Source: an uncultured Erysipelotrichaceae bacterium (lineage in GTDB: Bacteria; Bacillota_I; Bacilli_A; Erysipelotrichales; Erysipelotrichaceae). Taken from it: DNA of 47,348 nucleotides. This document shows, piece after piece, positions 21,760-34,403 of this stretch. Under the pieces are notes generated by a model. The model made no database searches. It had not been told where the DNA came from and saw only the letters and a program-made list of their open reading frames with translations. Where the stretch lies: assembly GCA_963550455.1 (NCBI GenBank), contig CAUVBZ010000001.1, positions 1-47,348 on the forward strand, in the 5' to 3' direction. Within the stretch, counting starts at the first letter, position 1. Each line of letters opens with the position of its first letter. A program made the translations under genes and the position numbers.

Positions 21760-22544
21760 ATTTATTTGATAAAAATCATGTCGGGCAGGTGGTCGAAATT
21801 GCCGTTGAAAAAATCGAGCCTTCACGCTATCAGCCGCGTCTGCACTTTGATGAGGACGAACTGCGTCAGCTGGCCGATTCCATTCGGCAGCACGGGCTGA
21901 TCACCCCAATTACGGTGCGGGCGGTCGCGGACCATTATGAAATCGTTGCGGGCGAAAGGCGTCTGAAGGCGGCTAGACTTGCGGGCTTGCGGAAGCTGAC
22001 CTGTTATATTCTTTCGCCGGATGAAAATCAGGCGGCGCAGATGGCGCTGATAGAAAACATTCAGCGCGCCGATCTCAGCGCGGTGGAAGAGGCCAGGGGC
22101 TATGTACAGATCATGCGGCAGGCCGGTTTGACCCAGGCGCAGGTGGCGCAGAAAGTCGGCAAGTCACAGTCGGCGGTGGCCAATAAAATACGGTTGCTGA
22201 ATCTATCGGCGGAAGTCCAGCAGGGCGTCATTGAGCAGAATATTTCCGAGCGGCACGCCCGCGCTTTATTACAGCTGCCGCCGGAAAAACAGACGGCGGT
22301 ATATCGGCAGTTTTTAAAAAAGAAGATGAATGTACGGCAGGCCGAGGCGTACGTTGAAAAGCAATGCCGGGCGAAAACCGAAAAACGCCGGCAGAAGACC
22401 AGAGGCTTTACACGAAATATTCAGATCGGCATTAATTCACTGGATAAGTGCGTGCGCATGTTACAGAAGATGGGTATCGAAACCGAGATGGAAACGGAAG
22501 ATACGCCCCAAGAGGCGCGGGTCATCATCCGCTTTCCGAAATAA
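21744..22544 (+). CDS. noc: Nucleoid occlusion protein Noc (ParB paralog)
   Basis: AGERR CTP motif, Noc-type recognition residues (KSQSAVANK, SERHAR), N-terminal amphipathic MAGLLNLF; rsmG-noc-parA synteny. Confidence 0.88.
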   Translation: MAGLLNLFDKNHVGQVVEIAVEKIEPSRYQPRLHFDEDELRQLADSIRQHGLITPITVRAVADHYEIVAGERRLKAARLAGLRKLTCYILSPDENQAAQMALIENIQRADLSAVEEARGYVQIMRQAGLTQAQVAQKVGKSQSAVANKIRLLNLSAEVQQGVIEQNISERHARALLQLPPEKQTAVYRQFLKKKMNVRQAEAYVEKQCRAKTEKRRQKTRGFTRNIQIGINSLDKCVRMLQKMGIETEMETEDTPQEARVIIRFPK

Positions 22545-22555
22545 GAGGTGCAGGG

Positions 22556-23350
22556 ATGGGAAAGATTATCGCAGTTGCCAATCAAAAAGGCGGGGTCGGG
22601 AAAACGACGACAAGCATCAATCTCGCGGCAGGTCTTGCTTATGCCGGCAGCCGTGTTTTGCTGGTGGATTTTGATCCGCAGGGAAACGCCAGCAACGGAA
22701 TCGGAGCGCCCCGGGTGAAGGGGTATTCCAATACAAGGACGGTCTATCAGGTCTTGATGGGGGACGACAGCGTAGAACAGAACCGCATTCGTCTGGAAAT
22801 GCCGCCGATGGACGTCCTGCCGGCAACCATCGATTTATCCGGCGCCGACGTGGAGATGGCGTCCGGCGATTATCAGGTCGGCCGCGAACATCTGTTGAAG
22901 AAAAAGCTCGATCCGGTGCGCGATCAATACGACTACATCATCATCGACTGTCCGCCCTCGCTGGGCTTATTGAATACGAACGCCCTGACGGCGGCCGATT
23001 CGGTCATGATTCCGGTGCAGTGCGAATATTTCGCCCTGGAAGGCCTGACCCAGCTGTTGAGTACGATTCGGCTGGTGCAGAAGTTGTGGAATCCGCAGTT
23101 GAGCATCGAAGGCGTGTTATTGACGATGTTCGACGTGCGGACAAAACTTTCGGTCGAGGTTCAGCAGGAAGTCCGGAAATACTTTAAAGAAAAGGTTTAT
23201 CGCTGTTTCATTCCGCGGAACGTGCGTCTTTCCGAAGCGCCCAGCCGCAGTGAAAGCATCTTTGAATACGATACGCGCTCCGAGGGCGCCAAGGCATATG
23301 CGGCGCTGGTAAAAGAAGTGCTTACGCAGAACGCGAAAGGAGGCCGTTGA
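22556..23350 (+). CDS. parA: Chromosome partitioning ATPase ParA/Soj
   Basis: NQKGGVGKTTT, DPQGNA, IDCPPSLG. Confidence 0.96.
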   Translation: MGKIIAVANQKGGVGKTTTSINLAAGLAYAGSRVLLVDFDPQGNASNGIGAPRVKGYSNTRTVYQVLMGDDSVEQNRIRLEMPPMDVLPATIDLSGADVEMASGDYQVGREHLLKKKLDPVRDQYDYIIIDCPPSLGLLNTNALTAADSVMIPVQCEYFALEGLTQLLSTIRLVQKLWNPQLSIEGVLLTMFDVRTKLSVEVQQEVRKYFKEKVYRCFIPRNVRLSEAPSRSESIFEYDTRSEGAKAYAALVKEVLTQNAKGGR

Positions 23351-24249
23351 TGGCGAAAGAAAAACGAACGGCGCTGGGGCGCGGTCTGGGCAGTATTTTC
23401 GGCTCCGATGTCGAGCAGTTTCTGGATGACATTCAGAACAATACCGCCGAAGTCCCCGGCCGTCGCGAAGTGGAGATCGCGATTGAAGAAATCCGCGTCA
23501 ATCCCTACCAACCGCGCAAAGAGTTTGACGCCAAGGCTTTGAATGAGCTGGCCGACTCCATCCGTCTGCACGGCATATTTACGCCGCTTCTGGTTCGCAA
23601 GAGCGTGCACGGCTATGAACTGATCGCCGGCGAAAGGCGTTTAAGAGCCGCCAAGCTGGCCGGCTTGACCAAGGTTCCGGCCATCAGCGTGGAATTTACC
23701 GATGAACAGATGATGGAAATTTCCATTCTGGAAAATGTTCAGCGGGAAAACCTCAATCCGATCGAGGAGGCGGCCGCCTACGATTCTTTGATCCGCCGTT
23801 TGGGCTATACGCAGGAACAGCTCGCCCGGCGGGTCGGAAAAAGCCGGGAATATTGTGCGAATATGCTGCGGTTGTTGAAACTGCCTCAGGCGGTGCAGGA
23901 AATGGTTACGGAAAAGCGCCTGACGATGGGACATGTCCGCGCCCTTCTGGCGCTGAAAGACGAGGAAGCGATTTTGGCGGGGGCGGAAAAGGTTGTTTCC
24001 GCGCATATGAGCGTGCGGCAGGTGGAGCAGTATGTTAAGATTCTTCAGGAGGGAAATCCGGCGAAAAAAGAAAAGGAAAGCGTTACCGATCCACTGGTGA
24101 GGGATCTGGAGTTGCGGATGAGCCGCAAGCTGGGCACGCAGGTGTGTGTGCGCAAAAAGGAATTGACGATCGCTTTCAGCAATACGGACGACCTCAATCG
24201 AATCCTGGAACTGCTGGGCATGCTGGAAGAGCCGCTTACCGACCGATGA
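23350..24249 (+). CDS. parB: Chromosome partitioning protein ParB/Spo0J
   Basis: ALGRGLGSIF Soj-activating peptide, AGERR, GKSREYCANMLRLL HTH, MGHVRAL. Confidence 0.95.
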   Translation: MAKEKRTALGRGLGSIFGSDVEQFLDDIQNNTAEVPGRREVEIAIEEIRVNPYQPRKEFDAKALNELADSIRLHGIFTPLLVRKSVHGYELIAGERRLRAAKLAGLTKVPAISVEFTDEQMMEISILENVQRENLNPIEEAAAYDSLIRRLGYTQEQLARRVGKSREYCANMLRLLKLPQAVQEMVTEKRLTMGHVRALLALKDEEAILAGAEKVVSAHMSVRQVEQYVKILQEGNPAKKEKESVTDPLVRDLELRMSRKLGTQVCVRKKELTIAFSNTDDLNRILELLGMLEEPLTDR

Positions 24250-24593
24250 ACAGACGAATCTATTGGCTGGAAACGATTCTGCTGGCGGGCGGGGGACTTG
24301 CCTTATTGCCGATCGACGGGCGCATGACGGCGGGACTTCTGCTGGGCGGCGTTGTCGGCATTCTGCTGTTTCTGCGCACGGCCGCTTTCTGGAACGCGAT
24401 GCTGGACGCCGGCGTCGTGACGTCGTCCGCCGGGCATTTTCTGAAAACGTACGGCATCCAGGGAATCGCCCTGCTTATGGGGGTGGCGTTTCCGCAGTGG
24501 TTCAACATCTTTGCGATCGCCTTCGGGCTGGTCAGCCTGAAACTTGTGATTTTCCTGTATTATCTTATACCGTGGAAAGGGGGAACGGAATGA
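24246..24593 (+). CDS. atpI: ATP synthase protein I-like membrane protein
   Basis: 115 aa with about four hydrophobic helices, immediately before atpB, ATGA-coupled to parB. Confidence 0.7.
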   Translation: MNRRIYWLETILLAGGGLALLPIDGRMTAGLLLGGVVGILLFLRTAAFWNAMLDAGVVTSSAGHFLKTYGIQGIALLMGVAFPQWFNIFAIAFGLVSLKLVIFLYYLIPWKGGTE

Positions 24594-25312
24594 ATGTGGA
24601 AATTCAGAATGATGTCTACGTCATTCTTCTGTTAACCGCTTTTCTCGGAGGCGCAATGGTGATCTGCTCCAAAAAGATCAACCGGCTGGATCCCTTTGCA
24701 AAGCCCAAGGGTCTGACGGCGGCCGTTTTGATCGGAGTCATGAGCGTCTATAACACGTGCGTCAGCAATATGGGCAAACGAAACGGTTCCCGTATCACGC
24801 CGTACATCGTCGTTTTATGGACGTATATTTTTTTGGCGAACACGGTCTCTTTGTTCGGGCTGGAATCGCCGACGGCGAACTGGTCGGTGACGTTGCTGCT
24901 GGCCTTGATCACGTGGCTGCTGATTCAGGTTGTGGAATTTCGCTACGGCGGCATCCGCGCCTATTTTCACAGCTTTCTCGAGCCTCTGCCGTTCATGTTG
25001 CCGATGAACATCATCGGTAAATTTTCCACGATGTTCTCCATGTCGCTGCGTCTTTTCGGAAACATTACATGCGGCGGCATTATGATGCAGCTGGTCTATA
25101 ACGGGGCGCAGCTGCTTTCCAATTATATTGCCGGTATCTTCGCGCAGACCTCTGTCGAAGTGTTTAATTTTATGGCGCCGCTCTTGGCGCCGGTTCTGCA
25201 CGCTTATTTCGATGTCTTTGCGGGGTTTGTCCAGACACTGGTATTTGTGACACTGACGGTGGTTCTCATCGGCAACGACGTACCCAATGAAGTGAAAGAA
25301 AAACAGGTATAA
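24590..25312 (+). CDS. atpB: F0 subunit a
   Basis: SPTANWSVT, SMSLRLFGNI conserved Arg helix, FVQTLVF. Confidence 0.94.
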   Translation: MNVEIQNDVYVILLLTAFLGGAMVICSKKINRLDPFAKPKGLTAAVLIGVMSVYNTCVSNMGKRNGSRITPYIVVLWTYIFLANTVSLFGLESPTANWSVTLLLALITWLLIQVVEFRYGGIRAYFHSFLEPLPFMLPMNIIGKFSTMFSMSLRLFGNITCGGIMMQLVYNGAQLLSNYIAGIFAQTSVEVFNFMAPLLAPVLHAYFDVFAGFVQTLVFVTLTVVLIGNDVPNEVKEKQV

Positions 25313-25328
25313 ACAGGAGGAAGACAAG

Positions 25329-25568
25329 ATGGATGTAGTAAGTGTGGGAAAAGGTCTGGTCGCGATCGGCGCCGGACTCGCGGTTATGACGGGTCTGATG
25401 ACCGGCCGCGGTGAAGGTGAGGTTGCGGCGCATGCCTGCGATGCGATCGGCAAGAATCCCGAAGCGGAAAGCAAGATCCGCTCGGCGATGATCATGGGTA
25501 TCGCATTATCGGAGACGTGCGCGATTTACGGATTACTGGTGGCAATCCTGTTGATCTTCATCTATTGA
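25329..25568 (+). CDS. atpE: F0 subunit c (Na+-type signature)
   Basis: Hairpin with KNPE loop; E29, E62, T63, Y67. Confidence 0.95.
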   Translation: MDVVSVGKGLVAIGAGLAVMTGLMTGRGEGEVAAHACDAIGKNPEAESKIRSAMIMGIALSETCAIYGLLVAILLIFIY

Positions 25569-25583
25569 TCGAGGCTTTACGGG

Positions 25584-26096
25584 ATGCTGAATGTAGACAT
25601 TATCGGGAAGCTGATTCCAAATCCGATTACACTGCTCGTTCAGTTGTGCAGTACGGCGGTTTTGTTTTTTCTGGCGAAAAAATTCTTGTGGAAGTCGGTT
25701 CTGAACTGGATGACGGCACGCACCGATCGGATGCAGACCGATCTGGCGGAAAGCGAAAAGGCGAAGCGGGAAGCGCTTCAAGATCGCAAGCAGGCGGTAT
25801 CACAGCTCAATGAAGCCGGCGATCAGGCCAAAGCGATCGTCAATGCGGCCGTAACGCAGGCGAAGAATGAGAAAGACGCCATTCTGCAGCAGGCACAGCA
25901 GGAAGCGGCGGCCGAAAAAAGCCGGGCGCATGCGCAGATTGAAGCGGAGCGGGCCGCCATGTATCGGGGGATGCAGGAAGAGATGGTCGAAGTGGCGATG
26001 GCCGCGGCCGGCAAACTGATCGGCGATCAGGACGGCGCACAGCTCGATCGGCAGGCGGTCGACGCTTTCGTCAAGGAAGCGGAACATGGCCGGTGA
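25584..26096 (+). CDS. atpF: F0 subunit b
   Basis: N-terminal TM helix followed by an Ala/Gln/Glu coiled coil; operon position. Confidence 0.92.
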   Translation: MLNVDIIGKLIPNPITLLVQLCSTAVLFFLAKKFLWKSVLNWMTARTDRMQTDLAESEKAKREALQDRKQAVSQLNEAGDQAKAIVNAAVTQAKNEKDAILQQAQQEAAAEKSRAHAQIEAERAAMYRGMQEEMVEVAMAAAGKLIGDQDGAQLDRQAVDAFVKEAEHGR

Positions 26097-26631
26097 GATC
26101 GCAAGCCGCTATGCGGCGGGGCTTTTTCTGTTGGCTCGTGAAAATAAAACGGTGCGTGAAAAAAAAGAACAGGCGGAGCTTATCTTAACGGCTGTCCGCG
26201 AACAGGAAGAAGTGCTGAGCGTCCTGGAAGCCGTGCGGATTACGGATGAAGAAAAGAAACGATTTTTAGAACGTAGTTTCGGCACGATCGCCGATCGGGA
26301 TTTCCTGCACTTTTTGTGGCTGCTGGTCGACAAGAATCGCGGCTGGTATCTGCCGGAAATTCTGAGGGCCTATATCGCCATGGCGGACGAGGCGCTGGGC
26401 ATTCAGCGGGCGGAAGTGATCAGCGCGCGAAAACTGCCGCCGGCGGAACTGGAGCGTATTCGCGATACGCTTGCCCGCAAGACGGGGAAAGAAATTGTTT
26501 TGGTCAATCATGTGGATCCCCGGGTGATTGCGGGAATCAAGGTTGTGATCGGCAATCGGGTGACCGATGTGACGATGCTTGCACGCATGGAACAGATGAA
26601 GCGTGCCATGTTGGAAGGAGGACGGGTATGA
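26086..26631 (+). CDS. atpH: F1 subunit delta
   Basis: [24 protein letters not shown]. Confidence 0.93.
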   Translation: MAGEIASRYAAGLFLLARENKTVREKKEQAELILTAVREQEEVLSVLEAVRITDEEKKRFLERSFGTIADRDFLHFLWLLVDKNRGWYLPEILRAYIAMADEALGIQRAEVISARKLPPAELERIRDTLARKTGKEIVLVNHVDPRVIAGIKVVIGNRVTDVTMLARMEQMKRAMLEGGRV

Positions 26632-28154
26632 GACAGATCCGGCCGGAAGAAATCAGCTCTTTGATCAAGGAGCAGATTCAGAATTATGGTCAGAAAATCC
26701 ATTCCGATGACGTCGGCTATGTCATCAGCGTCGGCGACGGTATCGCCATGGTGCAGGGTATCGAACAGGCGATGGCGAGCGAACTGCTTGACTTTGGCCA
26801 CGGCGTCATGGGCATGGTGATGAACCTGGAAGAAGACCATATCGGCGCCGTGCTGTTGGGAGGCGATACGGAAATCAAAGAGGGCGACGAAGTGCGGCGC
26901 ACCGGCCGTATCGTCGAGGTTCCGACGGGCGACGCCTTAGCGGGGCGCGTGGTCAACGCGCTGGGACAGCCGATCGACGGCAAGGGGGCGCTGGGCAAGA
27001 CGGAGATGCGTCCGATCGAGCGCATGGCGCCGGGCGTCATGGCGCGCCGTTCCGTGTACCAGCCGCTGATGACGGGTCTGAAAGTCGTCGACTCCATGAT
27101 TCCGATCGGCAAAGGACAGCGTGAGCTGATCATCGGCGATCGGGAAACGGGCAAGACGGCGATTGCGGTCGACGCCATCATCAACCAGAAAGGCCGCCAT
27201 GTAAAATGCATCTATGTCGCCATCGGTCAGAAAGAGTCGACGGTCGCGCGTCTGGCGGCCAAGCTGGAGGAAGCCGGCGCCATGGCGTATACGACGATTG
27301 TCGACGCCAGCGCTTCCGAATCGGCGTCTTTACAATACATCGCTCCCTATGCCGGCTGTGCGATGGGCGAGGCATGGATGGACGGCGGGCAGGACGTGCT
27401 GATCATCTATGACGACCTTTCCAAGCATGCGGTGGCATACCGCACCATGTCCCTATTGTTGAAACGACCTCCGGGACGCGAAGCCTATCCGGGCGACGTT
27501 TTCTACCTGCACTCTCGACTGCTGGAGCGGGCCGCAAAGCTGTCCGATGATCTGGGCGGCGGTTCACTGACGGCTCTGCCGATCATCGAGACGCAGGCCG
27601 GCGATATTTCCGCCTACATTCCGACCAACGTCATCTCCATCACGGACGGACAGATTTTCCTGCAGGTCGACCTGTTCGCCTCCGGACAGCGGCCGGCGGT
27701 CGACTCGGGGCTTTCCGTTTCGCGTGTCGGGTCGGCGGCGCAGACCAAAGCGATGAAAGAGGTCAGCGGTTCCCTGAAGCTGGACTTGGCGCAATACAAC
27801 GAGATGCTGAGCTTCGCGCAGTTCGGTTCCGACCTGGACGCGTCGACGCAGAAGATCATCGCGCACGGCGAGCGGCTGACCGCCCTTTTAAAGCAGGCGC
27901 AATACCACCCGTTAAGCATGGCGGAACAGGTGTTGAGCCTGTATGCCGCCCGCTACGCCTATATTGACGACATTCGGACGGAAGACATCGGCGCCTTCGA
28001 GCATACTCTGCATCAGACCTTCAAGGCTTCCCATGCGGACATTCTGGCGGAGATTGAAGAAAAGGGCGTGCTGTCCGAAGCGCTGAAAGAAAAGATCGAT
28101 GCAATCATGAAGGAGATCGTCCATACGTATCAGCTGATGCAGGGAGAACGGTAG
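26628..28154 (+). CDS. atpA: F1 subunit alpha
   Basis: [45 protein letters not shown] before ATG at 26628. Confidence 0.97.
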   Translation: MRQIRPEEISSLIKEQIQNYGQKIHSDDVGYVISVGDGIAMVQGIEQAMASELLDFGHGVMGMVMNLEEDHIGAVLLGGDTEIKEGDEVRRTGRIVEVPTGDALAGRVVNALGQPIDGKGALGKTEMRPIERMAPGVMARRSVYQPLMTGLKVVDSMIPIGKGQRELIIGDRETGKTAIAVDAIINQKGRHVKCIYVAIGQKESTVARLAAKLEEAGAMAYTTIVDASASESASLQYIAPYAGCAMGEAWMDGGQDVLIIYDDLSKHAVAYRTMSLLLKRPPGREAYPGDVFYLHSRLLERAAKLSDDLGGGSLTALPIIETQAGDISAYIPTNVISITDGQIFLQVDLFASGQRPAVDSGLSVSRVGSAAQTKAMKEVSGSLKLDLAQYNEMLSFAQFGSDLDASTQKIIAHGERLTALLKQAQYHPLSMAEQVLSLYAARYAYIDDIRTEDIGAFEHTLHQTFKASHADILAEIEEKGVLSEALKEKIDAIMKEIVHTYQLMQGER

Positions 28155-28155
28155 T

Positions 28156-30822
<2,667 letters not shown>

Positions 30823-30857
30823 GCCGCCTGAAAATAAGACGAGAAGGAGGATGAAAC

Positions 30858-31253
30858 ATGCGGATTGCGGTCAGTTATGAAAAGGAGACGGAAACGATCT
30901 TTCTCCATTTTGGACGAACGGCGTTCTTTAAAGTTTATGACGTCGTCGACAATACGATTACGGCGATGCAGATTGTCGATACAAACGGACAGGGACACGG
31001 CGCGCTCGTCGGCGTCCTGCACGAATTGAAGGCGGACGTTCTGTTATGCGGCGGTATCGGCGCCGGGGCGCAGGCGGCGCTGCACGAAGCCGGCATTCAG
31101 CTGTATGGCGGCTGTTCGGGAAACGCCGATCAGGCGGTAAGGGATTTTCTTGCCGGCAAGCTGGCGTATCAGGAAGACGTACATTGCGAGCATCACGATG
31201 GAGAATGCGGCCATGAAGCCGGAACATGCGGGCATGGCTGTCATCCGGAATAA
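30858..31253 (+). CDS. NifB/NifX-family (FeMo-co biosynthesis-like) protein with His/Cys-rich tail
   Basis: IFLHFGRT..FKVYD, LCGGIGAGA, tail HCEHHDGECGHEAGTCGHGCH. Confidence 0.85.
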   Translation: MRIAVSYEKETETIFLHFGRTAFFKVYDVVDNTITAMQIVDTNGQGHGALVGVLHELKADVLLCGGIGAGAQAALHEAGIQLYGGCSGNADQAVRDFLAGKLAYQEDVHCEHHDGECGHEAGTCGHGCHPE

Positions 31254-31264
31254 AAAAGTTCTAT

Positions 31265-31303
31265 AAAAATGCCCCCAAAGATCAAACCTTGGGGGCATTT
31301 TTT
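31265..31303. terminator. Bidirectional intrinsic terminator
   Basis: AAAAATGCCCCCAA-N10-TTGGGGGCATTTTTT between convergent genes. Confidence 0.85.
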
Positions 31304-31313
31304 ACAGAAGTTT

Positions 31314-31672
31314 TTATGAAGCGCGATAGACGATCGTTCCGTCGATGACGGTCATCTGATTGACGGCCGTAAGATCCCGGGTCGGCAAGCCGTCATAGAC
31401 GAGCAGATCGGCGTCTTTACCGAGCTTGACGGAGCCGACGCGGTCATCGACCAAAATCATTTTGGCGCCGTTGACGGTAATCATGGCCAGCGCCCGCAGT
31501 GGATCCATGCCCTTGCGGACGGCTTCTCCGGCCTCGTCGACAAGCACGTGATTGTTGGTGATCGGACCGTCCGTCATGACGGAAACCGTAACGCCGCGGT
31601 CGTCGAGCCCTTTCAGACAGTCGAAGTCCAGCTTGCACAATTCGCCCGGCATGATACCGGAGCCGACCGGCC
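31314..31672 (-). pseudogene. 3' remnant of a metal-dependent amidohydrolase
   Basis: Only the C-terminal ~120 aa remain: MTDGP...ALAMITVNGAKMI...RVGSVKLGKDADLLVYDG...TVIDGTIVY. No own start or RBS. Confidence 0.75.
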
Positions 31673-31770
31673 CGGATTTTTTCAACGATGCCGGCCGCCT
31701 GCATCTCGGCGGCGAATTGCCGCGCCGCGCCGTTTTCTCCGGAATAATAAATGTGAACAACAATACTCAT
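31669..31770 (-). pseudogene. 5' remnant of an antibiotic-biosynthesis-monooxygenase (ABM)-family gene
   Basis: AGGAGG RBS, then MSIVVHIYYSGENGAARQFAAEMQAAGIVEKIRA, which runs out of frame into the amidohydrolase remnant. Confidence 0.65.
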
Positions 31771-31787
31771 TTTAAAAGTCCTCCTGT

Positions 31788-32756
31788 TTACGGTTCGAGA
31801 AGCCGCCCGGCGTTTTCGGCGTAAATGCGAGGACGGACGGCGTCAAAAGCCGGGTTGGCGTCAAAATGTTTCTTTTTGGCCAGGACAACGGCGGCGGGAG
31901 AATGTGGATAATCACTGCCGTAGACGATATTGGCGTCTTCCGTCACCATTCGCAGCATGTTGAGCTGGTTCGGTTCGGGGTCGCCGGCAATATCGAAATA
32001 CAGTTTTTGAAATTCTTCCTGAACGTTCATGGTTTCCATCATGCCCAATTTGGCCAGGATTCCGGATACGCCCGTGAAACGGTCGCGCATGTAGGGCAGA
32101 AACGCACCGCAGTGCGGGACAAGGAAGCGAATGTGCGGAAAGCGGGTCGGAATGCGGTTGGCGATCATGTTCAGCACCGCCCGCGTCGTATCGGCCGGGT
32201 ATTCATAGATGGCCGCCACCGTTCCGGTAATGACGTTCTCCGGCCTTAAGCGGGCGCGGCACGGGTGCAGGATGACCAGTGCTTTTCGGCGGTTCCATTC
32301 TTCCATCAGCGAGTCGAACCGCGGGTCGCCCAGATAGATGCCGCCCATATTGGTGGCGGCTTTCATGCCGGCGGCGCCGAGAATGTCCATCGCATAAGCG
32401 GTCTCCGCGAGCGCGCCTTCTACGTCCGGCAGAGGAACACAGCCGACGAAGGCGAAGCGATCCGGATACGCCTGCACGATGCCGGCGATTTCGTCGTTGA
32501 CCTTGCGGGCGGCTTCTTTCGCTTTGACGGCGTCGCCGTTATAAAGATGAGGAACCGGCGCCGACAGGACGGAAAAATCGATGTCGGCTTCCTGCATGAA
32601 GGCAAGCTGATCCTGAACGCTCCAGTCGGGAAGCGGAAAGCCGTCTTCCGCGATCGGGTCGATGCCGAGCGAAGAGACGGCCGCCCGAAAGCCGGCGGTT
32701 ACGGGGTGCGTATGAAAGTCGACGCATTTCAACTGATCAAAGTTTTTCATATTCAA
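31788..32756 (-). CDS. Amidohydrolase_2 family protein (ACMSD/6-methylsalicylate decarboxylase-like)
   Basis: DFHTH, ILHP, DTTRA, PHCGAFLP, YGSDYPH. Confidence 0.88.
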   Translation of the reverse strand: MNMKNFDQLKCVDFHTHPVTAGFRAAVSSLGIDPIAEDGFPLPDWSVQDQLAFMQEADIDFSVLSAPVPHLYNGDAVKAKEAARKVNDEIAGIVQAYPDRFAFVGCVPLPDVEGALAETAYAMDILGAAGMKAATNMGGIYLGDPRFDSLMEEWNRRKALVILHPCRARLRPENVITGTVAAIYEYPADTTRAVLNMIANRIPTRFPHIRFLVPHCGAFLPYMRDRFTGVSGILAKLGMMETMNVQEEFQKLYFDIAGDPEPNQLNMLRMVTEDANIVYGSDYPHSPAAVVLAKKKHFDANPAFDAVRPRIYAENAGRLLEP

Positions 32757-32952
32757 GCTAAAGCCCCTTCCATTTCAATGTGCTCTTTCTGTTTATGTGT
32801 CTGCGAAAGACAGCGTACGACTTCGGTATTTCGTAACGGATCGTTTTGGGCGGCCAAGCCCTTTTTGATGGAAAGGCGTTGCGAAATCTGTCGCCCTTAA
32901 TAAAAGCTTTACTGTCAAAAGATCGGACAAGGCCGTCATGGCAGCCTGTTGC

Positions 32953-33687
32953 TTACCTCTTTATTTCGCGCTTTTTCTCCTTGGGAAGCGCTTCTTTGAT
33001 ATAAAGTTTTACAGTGCGGTAAACCTCCTCAAAAGGCGGCTTGCGGACGTCTCCCGTGAAGCGGAACTTATCATAGGAACGCTGCAATTCATTTTGTCGG
33101 TATAGAAATCCGCTGAATGAATCCAATTTTCTCCCGCTGTTTTCAAGTACCCGGATTATTTCCTCTTTTCTGAACGAAAATACCTTGGAAATATAATACA
33201 GGTCTACAACATCCTTGATTCTTCGGAACACCTTGTCCGAGGAGATTACGGACAGCTTATCGGCAATCATCTGAGTGGGAGACACGCCGCAGAAACGAAC
33301 ATCTTCTATCGTGTAAATTTTTGTCGGGGGCGCAGGTCGGTTCACATCAACATCTATGGTAAACAGCACTTCGTCCGTATCCTTATCAGTTAATTCAAAT
33401 CCGGCAGAGCGTCCTTCTCCGTACATTCGGTAAATTCTTACTTTCAGATTGAGCCCACTTTTCTGAATCGCTTTTTCCAGAGACTCCACCATCTGTTGCC
33501 CTGTGGGCGGCGTCGCAGAATACCAGTTTGCGTCAATATCTAACGTATGTCGGACTTCGCCTGTGTAGCCTGCTTCCAGTAAGCAGGCCTTCAAAACCAT
33601 GGAGCCTTTAAAATTGACCGGAATGCCACCGTCATAAATAGCTTTCATAACGGCATACATTCGTTTTTCTTCTGCTGTCAGGTTCAC
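32953..33687 (-). CDS. AbiEii/AbiGii-type nucleotidyltransferase toxin
   Basis: FKGSMVL, RHTLDID (NTase motif), ADKL, RRIKDVVDLYY. Confidence 0.82.
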   Translation of the reverse strand: MNLTAEEKRMYAVMKAIYDGGIPVNFKGSMVLKACLLEAGYTGEVRHTLDIDANWYSATPPTGQQMVESLEKAIQKSGLNLKVRIYRMYGEGRSAGFELTDKDTDEVLFTIDVDVNRPAPPTKIYTIEDVRFCGVSPTQMIADKLSVISSDKVFRRIKDVVDLYYISKVFSFRKEEIIRVLENSGRKLDSFSGFLYRQNELQRSYDKFRFTGDVRKPPFEEVYRTVKLYIKEALPKEKKREIKR

Positions 33688-33699
33688 AATACCATTCCT

Positions 33700-34350
33700 T
33701 TAATTCTCATAATAGTCTATTGCGTCCTTGGCCAAACGCTCAAATTGCTGCTGATATTCCGGAGGAACAAAGATTCCCCGGAAGCTGTCTTCGTGCGCAT
33801 AGTAATAGCGGCTGACAGCCTCCGTGATTCCCTGCATGTCCAGAATGGATTCATTGGCAAGCGCATCGGAAAGCGTCCTGTTAAAGTTTGTGAATGCAAG
33901 TCCGTTCTTGTTTTGCACATCAATCGGGTTGATTTGATTCCCCAGAACGGCGACGCCGTTGAACCGGGTTACACTGTCCGATCCGTATACCCAGACCAGA
34001 TATTCGTCACTGCGTCCTCCAAAGCCGCCCTGACACATGAGCGCTTCATCCAACGCAAATACAATCGGCTGTCCGATGCAGTCGCGGATGGCCTGAAGCC
34101 AGGGAAAAGCGCCTACAAAATCGCTTCGCCTGGGAAGAATCGGCTTCTGCGGGTTATACTTCGGCAGCGTCCTTGTCTTCCTGTTTATCAAATCGGTCTG
34201 GATACGTTGTTCCAGCAAATTGAGCATATATTCCGGCGGTTTACGTACACCGGTTTCCCAGTTTTGTACCGTACGAAAGGGAATCTGATACCGCGCGGCA
34301 AATTCGCTCTGGGTATCGCCCAGCCGCATTCGCATTTCTCGAATATCCAT
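33700..34350 (-). CDS. XRE-HTH protein with AbiEi-like C-terminal part, probable antitoxin
   Basis: TQSEFAARYQIPFRTVQNWETGVRKPPEY HTH; FTNFNRTLSDAL resembles AbiEi TxxERTxxD; 12 nt upstream of the toxin. Confidence 0.75.
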   Translation of the reverse strand: MDIREMRMRLGDTQSEFAARYQIPFRTVQNWETGVRKPPEYMLNLLEQRIQTDLINRKTRTLPKYNPQKPILPRRSDFVGAFPWLQAIRDCIGQPIVFALDEALMCQGGFGGRSDEYLVWVYGSDSVTRFNGVAVLGNQINPIDVQNKNGLAFTNFNRTLSDALANESILDMQGITEAVSRYYYAHEDSFRGIFVPPEYQQQFERLAKDAIDYYEN

Positions 34351-34367
34351 GGTGGAGCACCTCGCCT

Positions 34368-34398
34368 ATATAATACACCCATTGAGTGTATTCATCAA
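34368..34398 (-). promoter_or_regulatory. Promoter and palindromic operator of the antitoxin-toxin operon
   Basis: Minus strand TTGATG...TATTAT with inverted repeat AATACAC-N7-GTGTATT (34372-34392) between and overlapping the boxes. Confidence 0.6.
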
Positions 34399-34403
34399 CC
34401 GTT

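Noticed and set aside
32757..32950. Possible gene remnant or leader RNA between the amidohydrolase and the toxin
   Set aside because: Only a short open stretch with no recognisable motif or convincing structure.
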